Below are positions 11,123 to 22,500 of a stretch of DNA of 47,533 bases, piece after piece. Origin of the DNA: Dimargaris cristalligena (Eukaryota). A model generated the notes under the pieces. That model made no database searches. It saw only the letters and a list, made by a program, of their open reading frames with translations, and was not told the origin of the DNA. Positions within the stretch are counted from its first letter, which is position 1. Every line of letters starts with the position of its first letter. Location of the stretch: NCBI GenBank assembly GCA_003614675.1, contig ML002286.1, forward strand, positions 1 to 47,533, in the 5' to 3' direction. The translations under genes were made by a program, and so were the position numbers.

Positions 11123-13633
11123 TCAGATACGCCGCAAATTAGATAGAGCAGGCAACAATATGTCAAAAGCCTGGTTGAAATACTCTCGGAGCCGATTAGC
11201 CGAGTTCGGGTTCATACCGAAGCCAACAATGTCCGACGCATCGGGAGAGGACGTCGGGTCGCGTAGCGTAACGTCGCTTGCGACGCCCTCATCGGTAGAA
11301 TCCGCCGGAATGAGCGAGTCTTTGGGGTCCTCCGCCCAGCGAATAGAAGGGGTCTTTTGGACCGAACTGGTCGAACAATACTGACAGCAAGACCGGCCCG
11401 GCACTAATTGGTAATGTACCTGAAATGCAACGTCACCGATGCGGATTACATCCAGATGCTTAAGGTACCTTGACGAAGGCCGAGAAGAAGCAGAAGAACG
11501 AACATCTCGGCGGGCGGAGAAGCCTAGAGCCTCCGCTGCTGCTGCTGCCTCTGAATCATCAGAGTCGGACCGATAACGCCGAAGGGGAATATCATTAACC
11601 CACACATCTGTTCGGTAACTGGAGTTCTGGATACAGTAAAACGGCTGGCAATCCGAAGCCGCCGGGGACACCAAAGAGAACCAACCAGTAGGGGGGCGAG
11701 AGCGAAGAGGAGCGGCGTAGGCGTCACCGTCATTGGTATCGGTATTGGTGGGCATTGAGGGGGAGGGCGGACGATGATTACAATGGTGACGGTTATGATT
11801 ATAATTATGATCATGATTATGGGATTCTGGTGATTTATCCCTCCAATCAGGGGACGGTTGGAAGCGGGTGCGGGAGGGGGCGGGTCGATGATGCCGCGAC
11901 CACTCTTCTGACGGCCGATCCCAATTCGATGAACCAGCCTGTTCATCTGGGGACTGCCTATGATGGGACCACGTTCCGGGCGGCTCCTGTGGATCAGAGA
12001 AGTGTTGGGCTGATCTGTTGTTATACCGTTCGGAGGGAACTGGGGGCCGCTCCAATGGTGGAGTTTGAAGTCGAATTCGAATTCGAAATGGAGCTGGAGC
12101 CGGGCCTGGGTCCGGGTATAATGGACCCGCATCTTCCATCTCAACGTCATTAAATTCGAAGACTTCCCCCCCGGTAGGTCCGGAATTCCAGGGGGTGGAA
12201 TCATCGTCGGAAACGCCGGCCATCGAGACGTCGTCGGACTGCATGGCCTCCGTACCCGACACCTGGTTACCCCCGTCCCCACCCCAAGCGGTAAACCCAC
12301 CTCGGCGCGAGGGGGATGAGGCACGCTGGGGTCGGTCGTTGGGTGCCGGCCTATCATCAGAAGGATGCCACCCATTTTTATTATCCCCGGCGTATTGGTC
12401 CGCCGTACCAAACCATTCAGCAGCGGGGGAAGGGTATGGCTGATTAGTAGGGAACTGGAACGAACCATCACCCATCGACCTGGATTGCTGTTGCGCATTA
12501 TGACCCCACGAGTTATTATCACGGCGATTAGGGTAATAAGCGCTGTCGTCCCTGTTCCTATCCCCATCTCGGTCTCGGTCTCGACCTTGGTCTCTGTCCC
12601 TATCATCATCGTCATCCCAACGATTGTGGTTGCGGTCGTGAGCGTGAGCGTGAGAGGATTGTGGTCTCGCGGCCTCTCTTTCTCTCTGGTTCTCTCTCTG
12701 TGACTGGGACCGGCTCAAGGGGAGGTCATTCCAGGCACCTCTATATCCAGACGAGCCCCAGTCGGGCCCCGGTCCGGAATTTCGGTTCGGATGAAATGAC
12801 GACCGATCGGACGGAACGAAATGGGGATGGTGGTTTCGGGGACTTTTACGGGACCCATGGGTGGGTCCGAAGGAATGGTGGTCATGACCGCCATCCCCAT
12901 TAGAACCGAACTCGCCCCAGGAAGGCCGCTGCCGATCCTCCGAGCTATAATCCCGAGATTCCCGTTCATGGGGGGGCGACGAATAATTATGGTTATTAGA
13001 GAAACTACTACGTCGGCTTCGGGTAGGCGTTGGGTAGGGTCGGTGCCGGATGGACTCTGGATACGAGCGGTGGTGGGGATGGCGGGAATGCGGGGCCAAA
13101 GAGGGTTGGTGGTGGTGGTTGGCACTGCTGCCCCACGTTATGAGCGGCAAGTCTCGGATGGCCGCTGATAGGGAAGACGAGGGGGTGGCACAGCCCAACC
13201 CGCCTAGCATACCCGACGAGCTCAGGTGGTGGAAAGGGGCCGCGCCACCGGAGACGGCGTAAGTCGACCACGGCTGGTCCAAAACGTACACTTGACCCGC
13301 CGGGAGCTGCTCTCCCCCCAACTCGACCAGGTGCATCGGGGTGTGCAGACGAGTCGGTAGCCGGGACTGGACCCGTTGGTAGTCAGGAAGAGGGTTGACA
13401 AGGCGGCGGCGGTGGGTTGGGCCAACATAATAGGATTCGTCCAGCCGTTGGAGGTCCAGGGGCAAAAGGTAACTCCTGGACCGGTTCCATATATAATCGC
13501 GCCCGGTGTTGGGGTGCCTTAGTACCTTAACGTCGGGGTTAGAGTAGACGCCATGCGACTCCCACTGTCGGTAGTCCTGGTCCATGGTCGAGGAATAAGA
13601 ATTGTACGAGTCGCCGCGAGGTGAATATGCCAT
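11123..13633 (-). CDS. 836-aa largely disordered protein with degenerate AGGF1-like FHA segments and a CxxC motif
   Basis: Long intronless ORF. VWVNDIPL...YLKHLDVIRIGDVAFQVH...CCQYC resembles the FHA C-terminal strands and the CxxC that follows them in AGGF1. The centre is R/S/D/H/P-rich low-complexity sequence. Confidence 0.7.
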   Translation of the reverse strand: MAYSPRGDSYNSYSSTMDQDYRQWESHGVYSNPDVKVLRHPNTGRDYIWNRSRSYLLPLDLQRLDESYYVGPTHRRRLVNPLPDYQRVQSRLPTRLHTPMHLVELGGEQLPAGQVYVLDQPWSTYAVSGGAAPFHHLSSSGMLGGLGCATPSSSLSAAIRDLPLITWGSSANHHHQPSLAPHSRHPHHRSYPESIRHRPYPTPTRSRRSSFSNNHNYSSPPHERESRDYSSEDRQRPSWGEFGSNGDGGHDHHSFGPTHGSRKSPRNHHPHFVPSDRSSFHPNRNSGPGPDWGSSGYRGAWNDLPLSRSQSQRENQREREAARPQSSHAHAHDRNHNRWDDDDDRDRDQGRDRDRDGDRNRDDSAYYPNRRDNNSWGHNAQQQSRSMGDGSFQFPTNQPYPSPAAEWFGTADQYAGDNKNGWHPSDDRPAPNDRPQRASSPSRRGGFTAWGGDGGNQVSGTEAMQSDDVSMAGVSDDDSTPWNSGPTGGEVFEFNDVEMEDAGPLYPDPGPAPAPFRIRIRLQTPPLERPPVPSERYNNRSAQHFSDPQEPPGTWSHHRQSPDEQAGSSNWDRPSEEWSRHHRPAPSRTRFQPSPDWRDKSPESHNHDHNYNHNRHHCNHRPPSPSMPTNTDTNDGDAYAAPLRSRPPTGWFSLVSPAASDCQPFYCIQNSSYRTDVWVNDIPLRRYRSDSDDSEAAAAAEALGFSARRDVRSSASSRPSSRYLKHLDVIRIGDVAFQVHYQLVPGRSCCQYCSTSSVQKTPSIRWAEDPKDSLIPADSTDEGVASDVTLRDPTSSPDASDIVGFGMNPNSANRLREYFNQAFDILLPALSNLRRI

Positions 13634-13903
13634 GTTGAAAGAAAATAAATTGGAGAAGTTGATACTGGGCAGCCTTTTTTTTGACGGTAAGTTGAAAAAT
13701 GTTAAACATTGGTAATCTTGAGGAAATGTGAGTGGTGGTATTACTCGAGGTTCAATTAGTAGTTATTCCTAAGCAATGAGTATACTTGTCAAGTCCGAAG
13801 ACCTGGGCCAGCCCCCGAGATTAAATACTTTCCCCCTCCCTGGAAGAATCGGGCCATAGGTCACACAGCCCATATACATGGAAATACGAACAAATGAAGG
13901 TAG

Positions 13904-13926
13904 ACACACACACACACACACACACA
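13904..13926. repeat. (AC)n microsatellite
   Basis: About 11 AC units seen directly. Confidence 0.95.
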
Positions 13927-15015
13927 ACGGGACCCGTTGATAATGAATTCGATACCATTGTTCCGAAGCCATCTTAAAAGAGACTTCATAAATGAAGGTC
14001 TTATGGAGATCGGTGGCATGAATCTGACCCATGAATCAACCACTATCCCTCCCTTAACAAGCTGCTCTTCAATTTCAAACAGGCACATGGTGCACATCAC
14101 CACGATTCAAGGAGGATATGTCTCCTTTAACCGGATTTGACTCGATTGTTTACCGGAGGTTTGCAAGCTAGTCAAAGGCATTAATAGTACGTACTGCCAA
14201 AACGCAACAAAACCATCGGAAAATAAGTAAATGGCCGCTTTGTGCTTAAAGGTGAGATGGTCCATGCTATAGGACCCCCTCTCTTCCTCTGCTTCCATTG
14301 AGCTTCACTTGGTAAGAGGGGGGGGGTCAATAGGCCCCCTCTAATGATATTTATGAGGTTTTATTCGGCAAGTACAAAAAAACAGCCTTTATATTGGACA
14401 CACAAAGACAATGGTTATGCTGGTGGTGATTCCGGATTATGGGAAGGGCGATCAGGAACGCGAATGGGAGATAAAATGAGTGGGAAAGCGAGATAAATTT
14501 CGCAGCACGAGACGAGTGGGCGATGCCCGAAGGAGGGCGTGTGCTTCAGTGTGAAGCGATTATAATGAATTATATAAAATTAAAGAGAGAAAAACAAAGG
14601 CGGGCCACAGTACTAAAGCCAATACCCATCCCTTCAATTAAAAGGGGTCGGGAGTATAAAAAATAGACGGCAAACCCGCGGGGTTGGTGGTATATATGTA
14701 TGTATATATATAATATATGTGAATAAGTGTCGCATAACTAGGTAAAGCCGGATAGGAGGAGTTTTCCAGTGCGGGACAGGAGAGTACCCCGGGGCAATTA
14801 CAGTAATCAGCCAGTACCAGGTCCCCCGTATATGGGAGGCGAAGACTACAGAGAAAGAAGTGGGGATCAAAAAAGATACAACACCGCACACTGACTCTTT
14901 CCCCGATTTAGCTTGTCGCCCCACACTGGAGAGGCAAGGAATACAGGCAATCTACAAATAATTAGGTGAAAAAAAGCACAAAGGTGAGAGGAGGAGGCGC
15001 GCAAGAAAAAATCAT

Positions 15016-15708
15016 TTAAGAACGACCGAGAATATCGTCCCGCGACTGCTCGGCCACCGCCAGAATCAACTCAGTGTAGTCGTCGGGCACCCCACAGTCG
15101 ATGAAGGCCTTCCGCCAGTTCTCGAGGATAGCGTCAAAGTGGTAGTCCTTCAGGTCCACCATACGACGGTGCGCCACCCGCATGCCCGTGGTGTTGTAAG
15201 GCGTACCCGCGATGGCGTGTTTCAAAAACTTCAATTGCATGTTGCTCAGCCGGGTCCGATCGGTACTCCGGAAGTAATGGCGCACCCGATCGTCGGCCAG
15301 GCAGTACTCGTAGATCTTGTGGACGACGGTGGCCAGGAGCTGTTCGTCCAGATTGGCCAGCAGGTGCTGGCGCATGGGGGAGGACGCCGTGGGTCCGGCG
15401 CTGCTGGTAATGCCCAGTTCGCTGGAAATGTGGGAGTTGCTGGCCGGGGCCATGGTGGTCGGAGAAATGGGAGCCGCGGCGGAACGGTTATTATGGTCCT
15501 CCTGCTGGTGGTGGTGGTGGCTGCTGTGCGACTGGTGGTTGTTGCTGTGGTTGTTGGTCTGGGGGGCGGCCGCCGAGGAGGAAGAGCCAGCGGACGCCTG
15601 GTGGTTGTGGGAGGAAGATTGCTCCTTCATTTCAGCCTGGTTGGACTGATCGGACTCCTGGAAGGCGGTCTTGCCCTTCTTCTTACGACCGAAACATAGG
15701 GAAAACAT
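15016..15708 (-). CDS. Group I truncated (2/2) haemoglobin with a ~110-aa N-terminal extension
   Basis: VVHKIY(B10)..LADDRVRHYF(CD1)..RL(E7)SNMQ(E11)LKFL..MRVAH(F8)..HFDAI matches the trHbN/GlbN pattern. The N-terminus MFSLCFGRKKKGK is followed by a S/H/N/Q-rich linker. Confidence 0.9.
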   Translation of the reverse strand: MFSLCFGRKKKGKTAFQESDQSNQAEMKEQSSSHNHQASAGSSSSAAAPQTNNHSNNHQSHSSHHHHQQEDHNNRSAAAPISPTTMAPASNSHISSELGITSSAGPTASSPMRQHLLANLDEQLLATVVHKIYEYCLADDRVRHYFRSTDRTRLSNMQLKFLKHAIAGTPYNTTGMRVAHRRMVDLKDYHFDAILENWRKAFIDCGVPDDYTELILAVAEQSRDDILGRS

Positions 15709-18700
15709 TCTGGTAGGAATATTAAACTTAAAAGGCGAGAAAAGATGATTTAAGGGGGAAAATAAGAAGCAATAAAGGGACTCTCGGATAGTCTATATAA
15801 GGAAAAGCCGAGGGAAGCGAAATTGAAAAAAGACCAATGGAAATTAATAGGTAGGGGAGGAACGAGTTTGAGTATTGGGGGAGGGGGGATTAAGGAAAAA
15901 TTGGTCGGGTCAAATAATAGACGAGTGTCACACTACTGCAACTACTGGTGGAAGAATATATCCACAAGGTGTGGTGGTACGCACGTTGCTTTCTCACTTG
16001 CTGTGGCAAAGAGAGACTGGGGGGTACGCGGAAGTTGGGTAAAGTATTATACACAAATAGCGGGCGTCTGTGCAATAACCGGCTGACAGCTGAAAACACC
16101 CTATTATTAATGAAAGATAAAGAAGCCGACTATGACGCTCAATATGAGTAACCGTATAATGTTCAGGACACTTCGTTGGTTAACCAGGTATGTTGGTGGA
16201 AACGTCCAGCTTATTAAGACCAGCAGAATACCAATGAAAAACCCAACGGGTGACGAATAGCCAGCGAAGAATCAAGGATTCGATCAATTAGAGGACGGGC
16301 CGCTACAAGCCGTAAGCGGGGGGTGAGACAAAATCAAGGTGTAATATATTGAAGAGACCAACGAAATTGAGCCAAAGGAGCAGGGCTTCAATCGAACTAT
16401 CATAAATTATGGGGAAACGGAGATGAAAGCACAAATTGTAGAACAGACCTAAAATGAAACAAGCGTGAACAGGCAAGCGGGGGCGGGCAAATAGGGCTTT
16501 TAAAGCTCCGTTGTTGGGCTTCACTCCATTAGAAACATAGACATGCACCAGTGTTGTACACCGAGCAGCAGCTACCCTCACGAAAAGGAGCCTGCGGCTG
16601 TCCAACCCTTGGGGAATCTCCCCCCGTAAATGGACGGAGGTAGCAGGTTTGGGGGAGTTTTTCTATATATTATAAGCCAGCTGAAGTAGCCTTTGTGGGC
16701 CAATAGTATCACCGTAATTGGGAGCGTTATCCACCCTCCTCCACATGTGGATTGGCGCCCTTTTAGACTCCCGATATATACCAAAAAAAGATTGGCATTC
16801 TATAGCCCAAAAAAGCGGACCAGTCCCCACGACACACACCTCCTTGTTCCTACTGTGGTTGGGGGGAGAGGCGAGGCGCGGGTTTCTGGAGTGCGGTTGG
16901 ATAGAGTTGTGGTGCACACAGCCTTGGTGGCCATTTCTGCGGAGCTCGGGGGGACACTGTTGGAAAATGCCTCCCGCTGTACCAAGAGGTGCACTGTTGT
17001 TTCAGGCTTCAGCAACCACTATTTATTCGTTACCACACTTCAACAGCCCCCAGGGATCTACGCCAACTTCCGAACTCCACAACACATTGCTCTCTAACTA
17101 GACTGAGAGAGTAACAACGCCGTTGCACTATTGGGGAGGTGGCCGGTGGTTGTGTGCTTGTGGACATAAGGAGCGACTCTCTTCTGCTGGAAGAGATGCA
17201 GCTGCGCCTTCTCTTTCCTCCTCCTCCTCCTCGACAGTGTTCACCACCCGCTCTTTAATATGATAAGGGAATAACTGCAGGTTGGAAATACCAGCCCTGC
17301 GTGGCTGCCGCCCACTGTTTTGGCTACATACGGTGGCAGATGACCGCCTCCGCCTTGCTTTAAAGCCGTTACCCCTGGTTACCGACCCCCTGTTGGCGAT
17401 GGTGTTCTGACCTCCACCGCCGCTGCTACTTAACCCGTCCCTCAATTCCTAATGCTGTCTAGCCCTATCATTTGCACAAAAAAGCCTGCCAAGACAACTA
17501 TTACTAGGAAAGAGGTTACTTCGACCGTTACCTCATCTTTCCTGGTCTGCTGAATCCCCGATGTAGGCTGTAAAAGGGCTTCTCAATCAAAAGCCGACGG
17601 TAGTTTTGGTGTCTTTGGGCCAACCCAGGCCCGAAGGCTTCTCAATAACAACAATAAGCCCCCCCTCTCCCCCTGAAGCAGGCTAGTGTGAACGAAACTA
17701 AGGTCGCTTGCTTCCTGGCTTCGGTGATTGACCAGAATGGATGCCGTATTATTTAGAAAAATTTGCATCAGCAAATAGGTCATTAATCCTTGTTAGGCCA
17801 CCTACTCCCCTCCTGCATCGGGTGAATCCTTGGACAGTACACATTGGCTAGAAGATAAAAAGTCGACTAACCCAACCCGACTGACTCCGCAGGTCCTCTG
17901 TGGTTCGTAGGATGGGAAGGGCAATCTAAAAAAAATGTATATAGTATTTGAAGAAGAAAAAAAGAAAATAATAGATAGTCTGACAGGCCACTCCGATGGT
18001 AACATCCGAGGTAGTACAATGGTTCATTGGAGCCTCTTCTCTTTTAGCACAACCGAAAAACAGTATAAAGTGTTCCCCTCGTAAATGGGGCCCTTGGTCA
18101 GAGTTCGACGCTGCCGGCTGGTAGGTAAAATACCCAAGTTTAAAAATTGAGTATATTCAAGACTACTAGGGTTGGGCGGGTTAGGGCAGAGTGCTCTCTT
18201 AATTGATCAGATAGCCCCCCAACCCCTCATATATTACATTTTCCCCTTTGTTTACAAACCCGGCCACATTGGCATTACTCAGTGTACCCCAGTTGATTTC
18301 ACCCAAACTTCCTTTTCCAGCCGGAAATAACTAATTGGTTAGATTGGGACTTAATATATATATAATCTAGAGTGTGTACCACATTATGTTGCAGTGATTA
18401 GCCCTAGTGACCTGTTTTAAACCCGCAACCACTGTAAGTCGGAGCATCACAGCCACATGCCTCAGTCGTGGGTATCGCTTAGTCTCCCCCATTGCCTTTA
18501 CTGGCTGACACCTTGACTATCAGACAGCTCGAATAATATAAAATATACCGAACAATCGAAGGATATATAACAATATTCTTTTGGCAATTATAGAATCACT
18601 CCTTATTCAGCCCCACTATTACCCCAGCATCAGTGCCAGCCATTTCCCGAAAGGCCTAGAGATTTTCCCTCTGCATCTCCCACTAACTGAATGCCCTAAT

Positions 18701-19142
18701 ATGGGCAGATTCAAACTGAACTGAATAGTATTATAAATAACACATTTATGGGAAAATAGATGATGTATCTTTATAAAGCAGTACTGCCTTTTGCCTTGCT
18801 CTTATTTTTTTTTACTTTGGTATACAGCCCATTAAACCTCTCCCATATAGTGGTTGACTACTGAAGGTTTCACTATCTGGGTTTTACCCCAATACATTGG
18901 TCTATTAGTCCCAATATAGGGTGGTTTTTGGGGTTTCACAGATATGTTCCATTACCTGTATTTAAGAATACCTCTAAATTGACAACAGAGGTACCTTAGT
19001 ACCATCCCACCCATATCCACAACATACAGAAAAGTCACTATTACCCTACTGGCCCTTGCATAAAACTAGAAAATATAAAAATATTCATATTGTTTGTTGG
19101 GATGGCTTAAGGGGGGGGGGGCATGTGATTACTTATTGATAG

Positions 19143-19727
19143 TGTCACTCAGGTTAACCACTCTTAGTCCAGCAAGAGTCCCAAGGATAGGCTTCTAATG
19201 GTAGATGGGGCTCAGGCTCAGCCAAGCAGGTTACTATTATTAGGTAGGGGTACAGTACTAACTAATAAAGGCTACAAATACAGGTGCAGGCAAGAGGTGT
19301 GCAGTAAGTACACTTACTGGTCAATACAAGGGCAGTGAGCATATATAGAGTTTATTGGGATAAACTAGGGGGTAAGAATAAGCTAAAGAATCTAACTGGG
19401 CCCTAATGGGGCCCAGTTATATATATGCAGGGACAACTCCAGAGGAAGGCCCCAGGGGAAGAATACTACTAAGATTAGGGTATGGTGAAATAGGCCAACC
19501 AGATAGCTGTTAGGATCTAGAAGACTCTGATGGTAACCAGAAGAGTCTTTGGATTAGCACTTGAGTAATTAGTGTAAAAAGGTAGAGTCCAGAAGGGGAA
19601 TGGTTATATAATATAGGATAATCCCATAGTACTGGGGGTGGTCATGGGAAGGTTAATATGGCACTATAAGGCCTAATAGGGATAGACATTAATGTGTCCA
19701 GATTAAGGCAGTTTAAATGGTCTAACA
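19143..19727. mobile_element. Solo LTR (585 bp)
   Basis: TG...CA termini, perfect 5-bp target duplication GATAG (19138-19142 and 19728-19732), and homology to 45427-45982 and 46475-47196. Confidence 0.92.
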
Positions 19728-22281
19728 GATAGTATGCATTTAATAGAAGTAGTTTTGTCCTAGCCTAGTATGGGCATGTCTAATAGAACATACATAGTGT
19801 ACTTCAAAGTATCTGCATATTTTCAGAGATGGGCAACTTCCTATTGTGTAATTATTTTCTAGCCTGTCTAGTGATGAGATGACACATTCAGTAGCTAGAG
19901 CACCAAGAAATGAAATGGATTAACCTTAGCCTTCAATTGTGAGACACTACATACCCCTAGTTAATACTAGTGAGCCCTGTTCAATGTTCATCCTTTCAGT
20001 TGTTTGCAACAAAGAGAACATTGGTGAGGGATATGGGTAAGTGAAGCACCAAATGGGGTGACATTTCTTAGGTCAATGAGTATAATCATTTAGACATACT
20101 CATTAGAGGAGGTGTATATATGGTATCATATTTCTAATACTCTGCTTGAAAATATCCTCCTTAATTAGCGTCCCTGAACGCCCAAGTGCCGGCTGGTCTA
20201 TGTTTCTATGTTCAAAGTAAACCCTGTACAATAATTATATAGCCAGTACGGCATACCACTTGCCACTTCTGTAGTGATTTTCTAATAAATTGGTATATGG
20301 TGCTTTCACATACATACATTTGTGAGATCGTAGGTACAAGTATATCCACGCCAGGTTATTTTCCCAGATGTGGTTTCACCGCCGGTTCCTACTAACGCAA
20401 TCCTGATGGCAATGAAGTAACTTTGAATGTGGCCTAGTCTACATCACAAAGGGAAGATACCTAAGTTTTAGCATAGCGCTGCACATCTCTCTATTACAGC
20501 TGCCCGTCAAATAAAATAATGCATTGGTATGGGTGAGTATAAGCGGCTCTCTGGTACTCACTAGATGGTATATATAGTGATGTTTAAAGGCTGCGCCTGG
20601 CATTGTCCAATTCCTACAGCCTATTGTCAATATATGTTTGATTGCGGAGAGTCATATAGCATCCGTACCCGTTTAAGAGTGAATGTGGTTAATAAGTTTA
20701 GGAATTAGTAACCAGACAACCCATACCTCCTTCACTTCAGATTAGGACACATAATGCCCCCAAGTCTTGCCAAGTGGATGGCGAACCCTGCCAAATGAGT
20801 ATGTTTGACTATATTGCACTTCTGCTGAGAGTCCTCTATTATGTATTCGCTCTCATGACTAGGTAGTACGGCCATACTTTAGTTTGGTAAGTATGAATGG
20901 TCTTCCCATACGAACCGGTAGCACAAGAATCAAGTCGCATCCAACTAAAGAAATATACGTGAATATCCCGACTATAACCCGGCAACTCATTAACACTGGA
21001 GCTCCAAATCTACCCCAACTGTATTTACGTGGAATAGGGATTCTTTTATTATTATCATAAACTGGTTTGACCTAACACAAACAGGTTGATGGCGAATGGT
21101 TTTGGTGGGTATGGGTATTGCATACCCATGAAGTACTATTGTTGCTGGTGTTATTTACCCTTTGTGATTATTTCGGGATGACCATATCCATGGACTCCTG
21201 ACGAGTCTTATAAACTGACCTATGTTAAGAGAGCAACGGGTGAACAGTGCCACCTGTGTATGTGCTACATGGGAGCTGTGACTCGTTGGAAAAACACCAA
21301 CCCTTATTTTCACTCTTGGCAAGATCTATTCTCGCGGAAATGACTCTTTCCCTTCTACCCACTTTACCGGTCCCTACCAGGATACCTATTTGGCAAGTCC
21401 TAATTTATCGTGCACCCATGGGAAATCAAACAGCGCGGTTGGGTTAGGGCTAGGCCGTGTCTGCGTTGCGTCAAAGCCATCCACGGGGTGTTTACCTTAC
21501 CGAATTCACCTACTTTCACCCACTGTTCCTCTCCATTCCGGCTGTTTTGGCATCCCTGGGTCCTCGCTGTTCCAAATATATGGTCATGAGTTTCAGTTCC
21601 GCTTCGCACGCCTCCTCAGCTATTTTTAAATGTCTAACCTTCTTCAGAAGACGGCTGGCATTAATCAAACCGACGAAACCAGCTACAGAGACATAGTATC
21701 AAGGTTGGCTCGGCCTAATACTACAGTAAAAGTGAAAATGTGAGCTAAGGTGCCAGACTTACCCGTGGTGGATCAGCTTAATCCTAAAGGCTGGACACGG
21801 GTGCAATATGCCCCCCCCCCCAACCGGGACTACTTTCCAAATCAACTTGTTGTCCCCACACCCTTATTCGCACATACCACACTGTAAAAATAGCTGACTC
21901 ACGCGTTCCCAGGAATTGGGAGGTAGCCGTGTGATGCTCCCAAAATAAACTGATTAGCCGACATGGACGTGACTCGCGAACACCGTGAACCTTTAATCGG
22001 TTCACATGGTAGTCCACCCTTACATATGTAACTGGGTGGGGTTCAATGATTTTTGTTAGGCGTACTGCACAGCAATGCTAGATCACGGGCTGGCTGCATC
22101 CCGGAGGAATAGTCAGTATCCACCTCAAGTGAGGTCATATTGTATTCTTTAATAAGTGGTATTGACCATGGCATAGATGCTGGGAAAATGGGTCGCAAAG
22201 GTTGAACTGGGGTAGAATTCCTCCTATTCAGGAATAATGGCCTATATCCCTCCCCACATTGGACACCTATTCGGAGGGCTT

Positions 22282-22289
22282 TATAAATA
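22282..22289 (+). promoter_or_regulatory. TATA box of the 4xCBM18 gene
   Basis: TATAAATA about 220 bp upstream of the ATG, followed by a C-rich leader. Confidence 0.55.
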
Positions 22290-22500
22290 GGGCAAGGACG
22301 GACCTCGAGTTTCCAGTCATTCAAACCTCAACACCTCCTTATCCACCCCTGCACACCCTTAGCCCAGATCCCATCTACACTCTACCATCATCCCCGTCAC
22401 TTTCACATACTTGTGTGTTTATAGCGACTACTTTACAGCTTATTAGTACAATTAATCATAATATTCAACCCCAGTTTACTCCAACTCCACCCTATTCACC

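Noticed and set aside
11524..13428. Long alternative-frame and antisense ORFs (363 aa and others)
   Set aside because: Shadows of the GC-rich, repetitive 836-aa CDS; no independent motifs.
17128..17800. Possible decayed gene with a poly-Glu stretch on the minus strand
   Set aside because: The upstream continuation of the frame has stops at about random frequency, there is no ATG start, and no recognisable motif.
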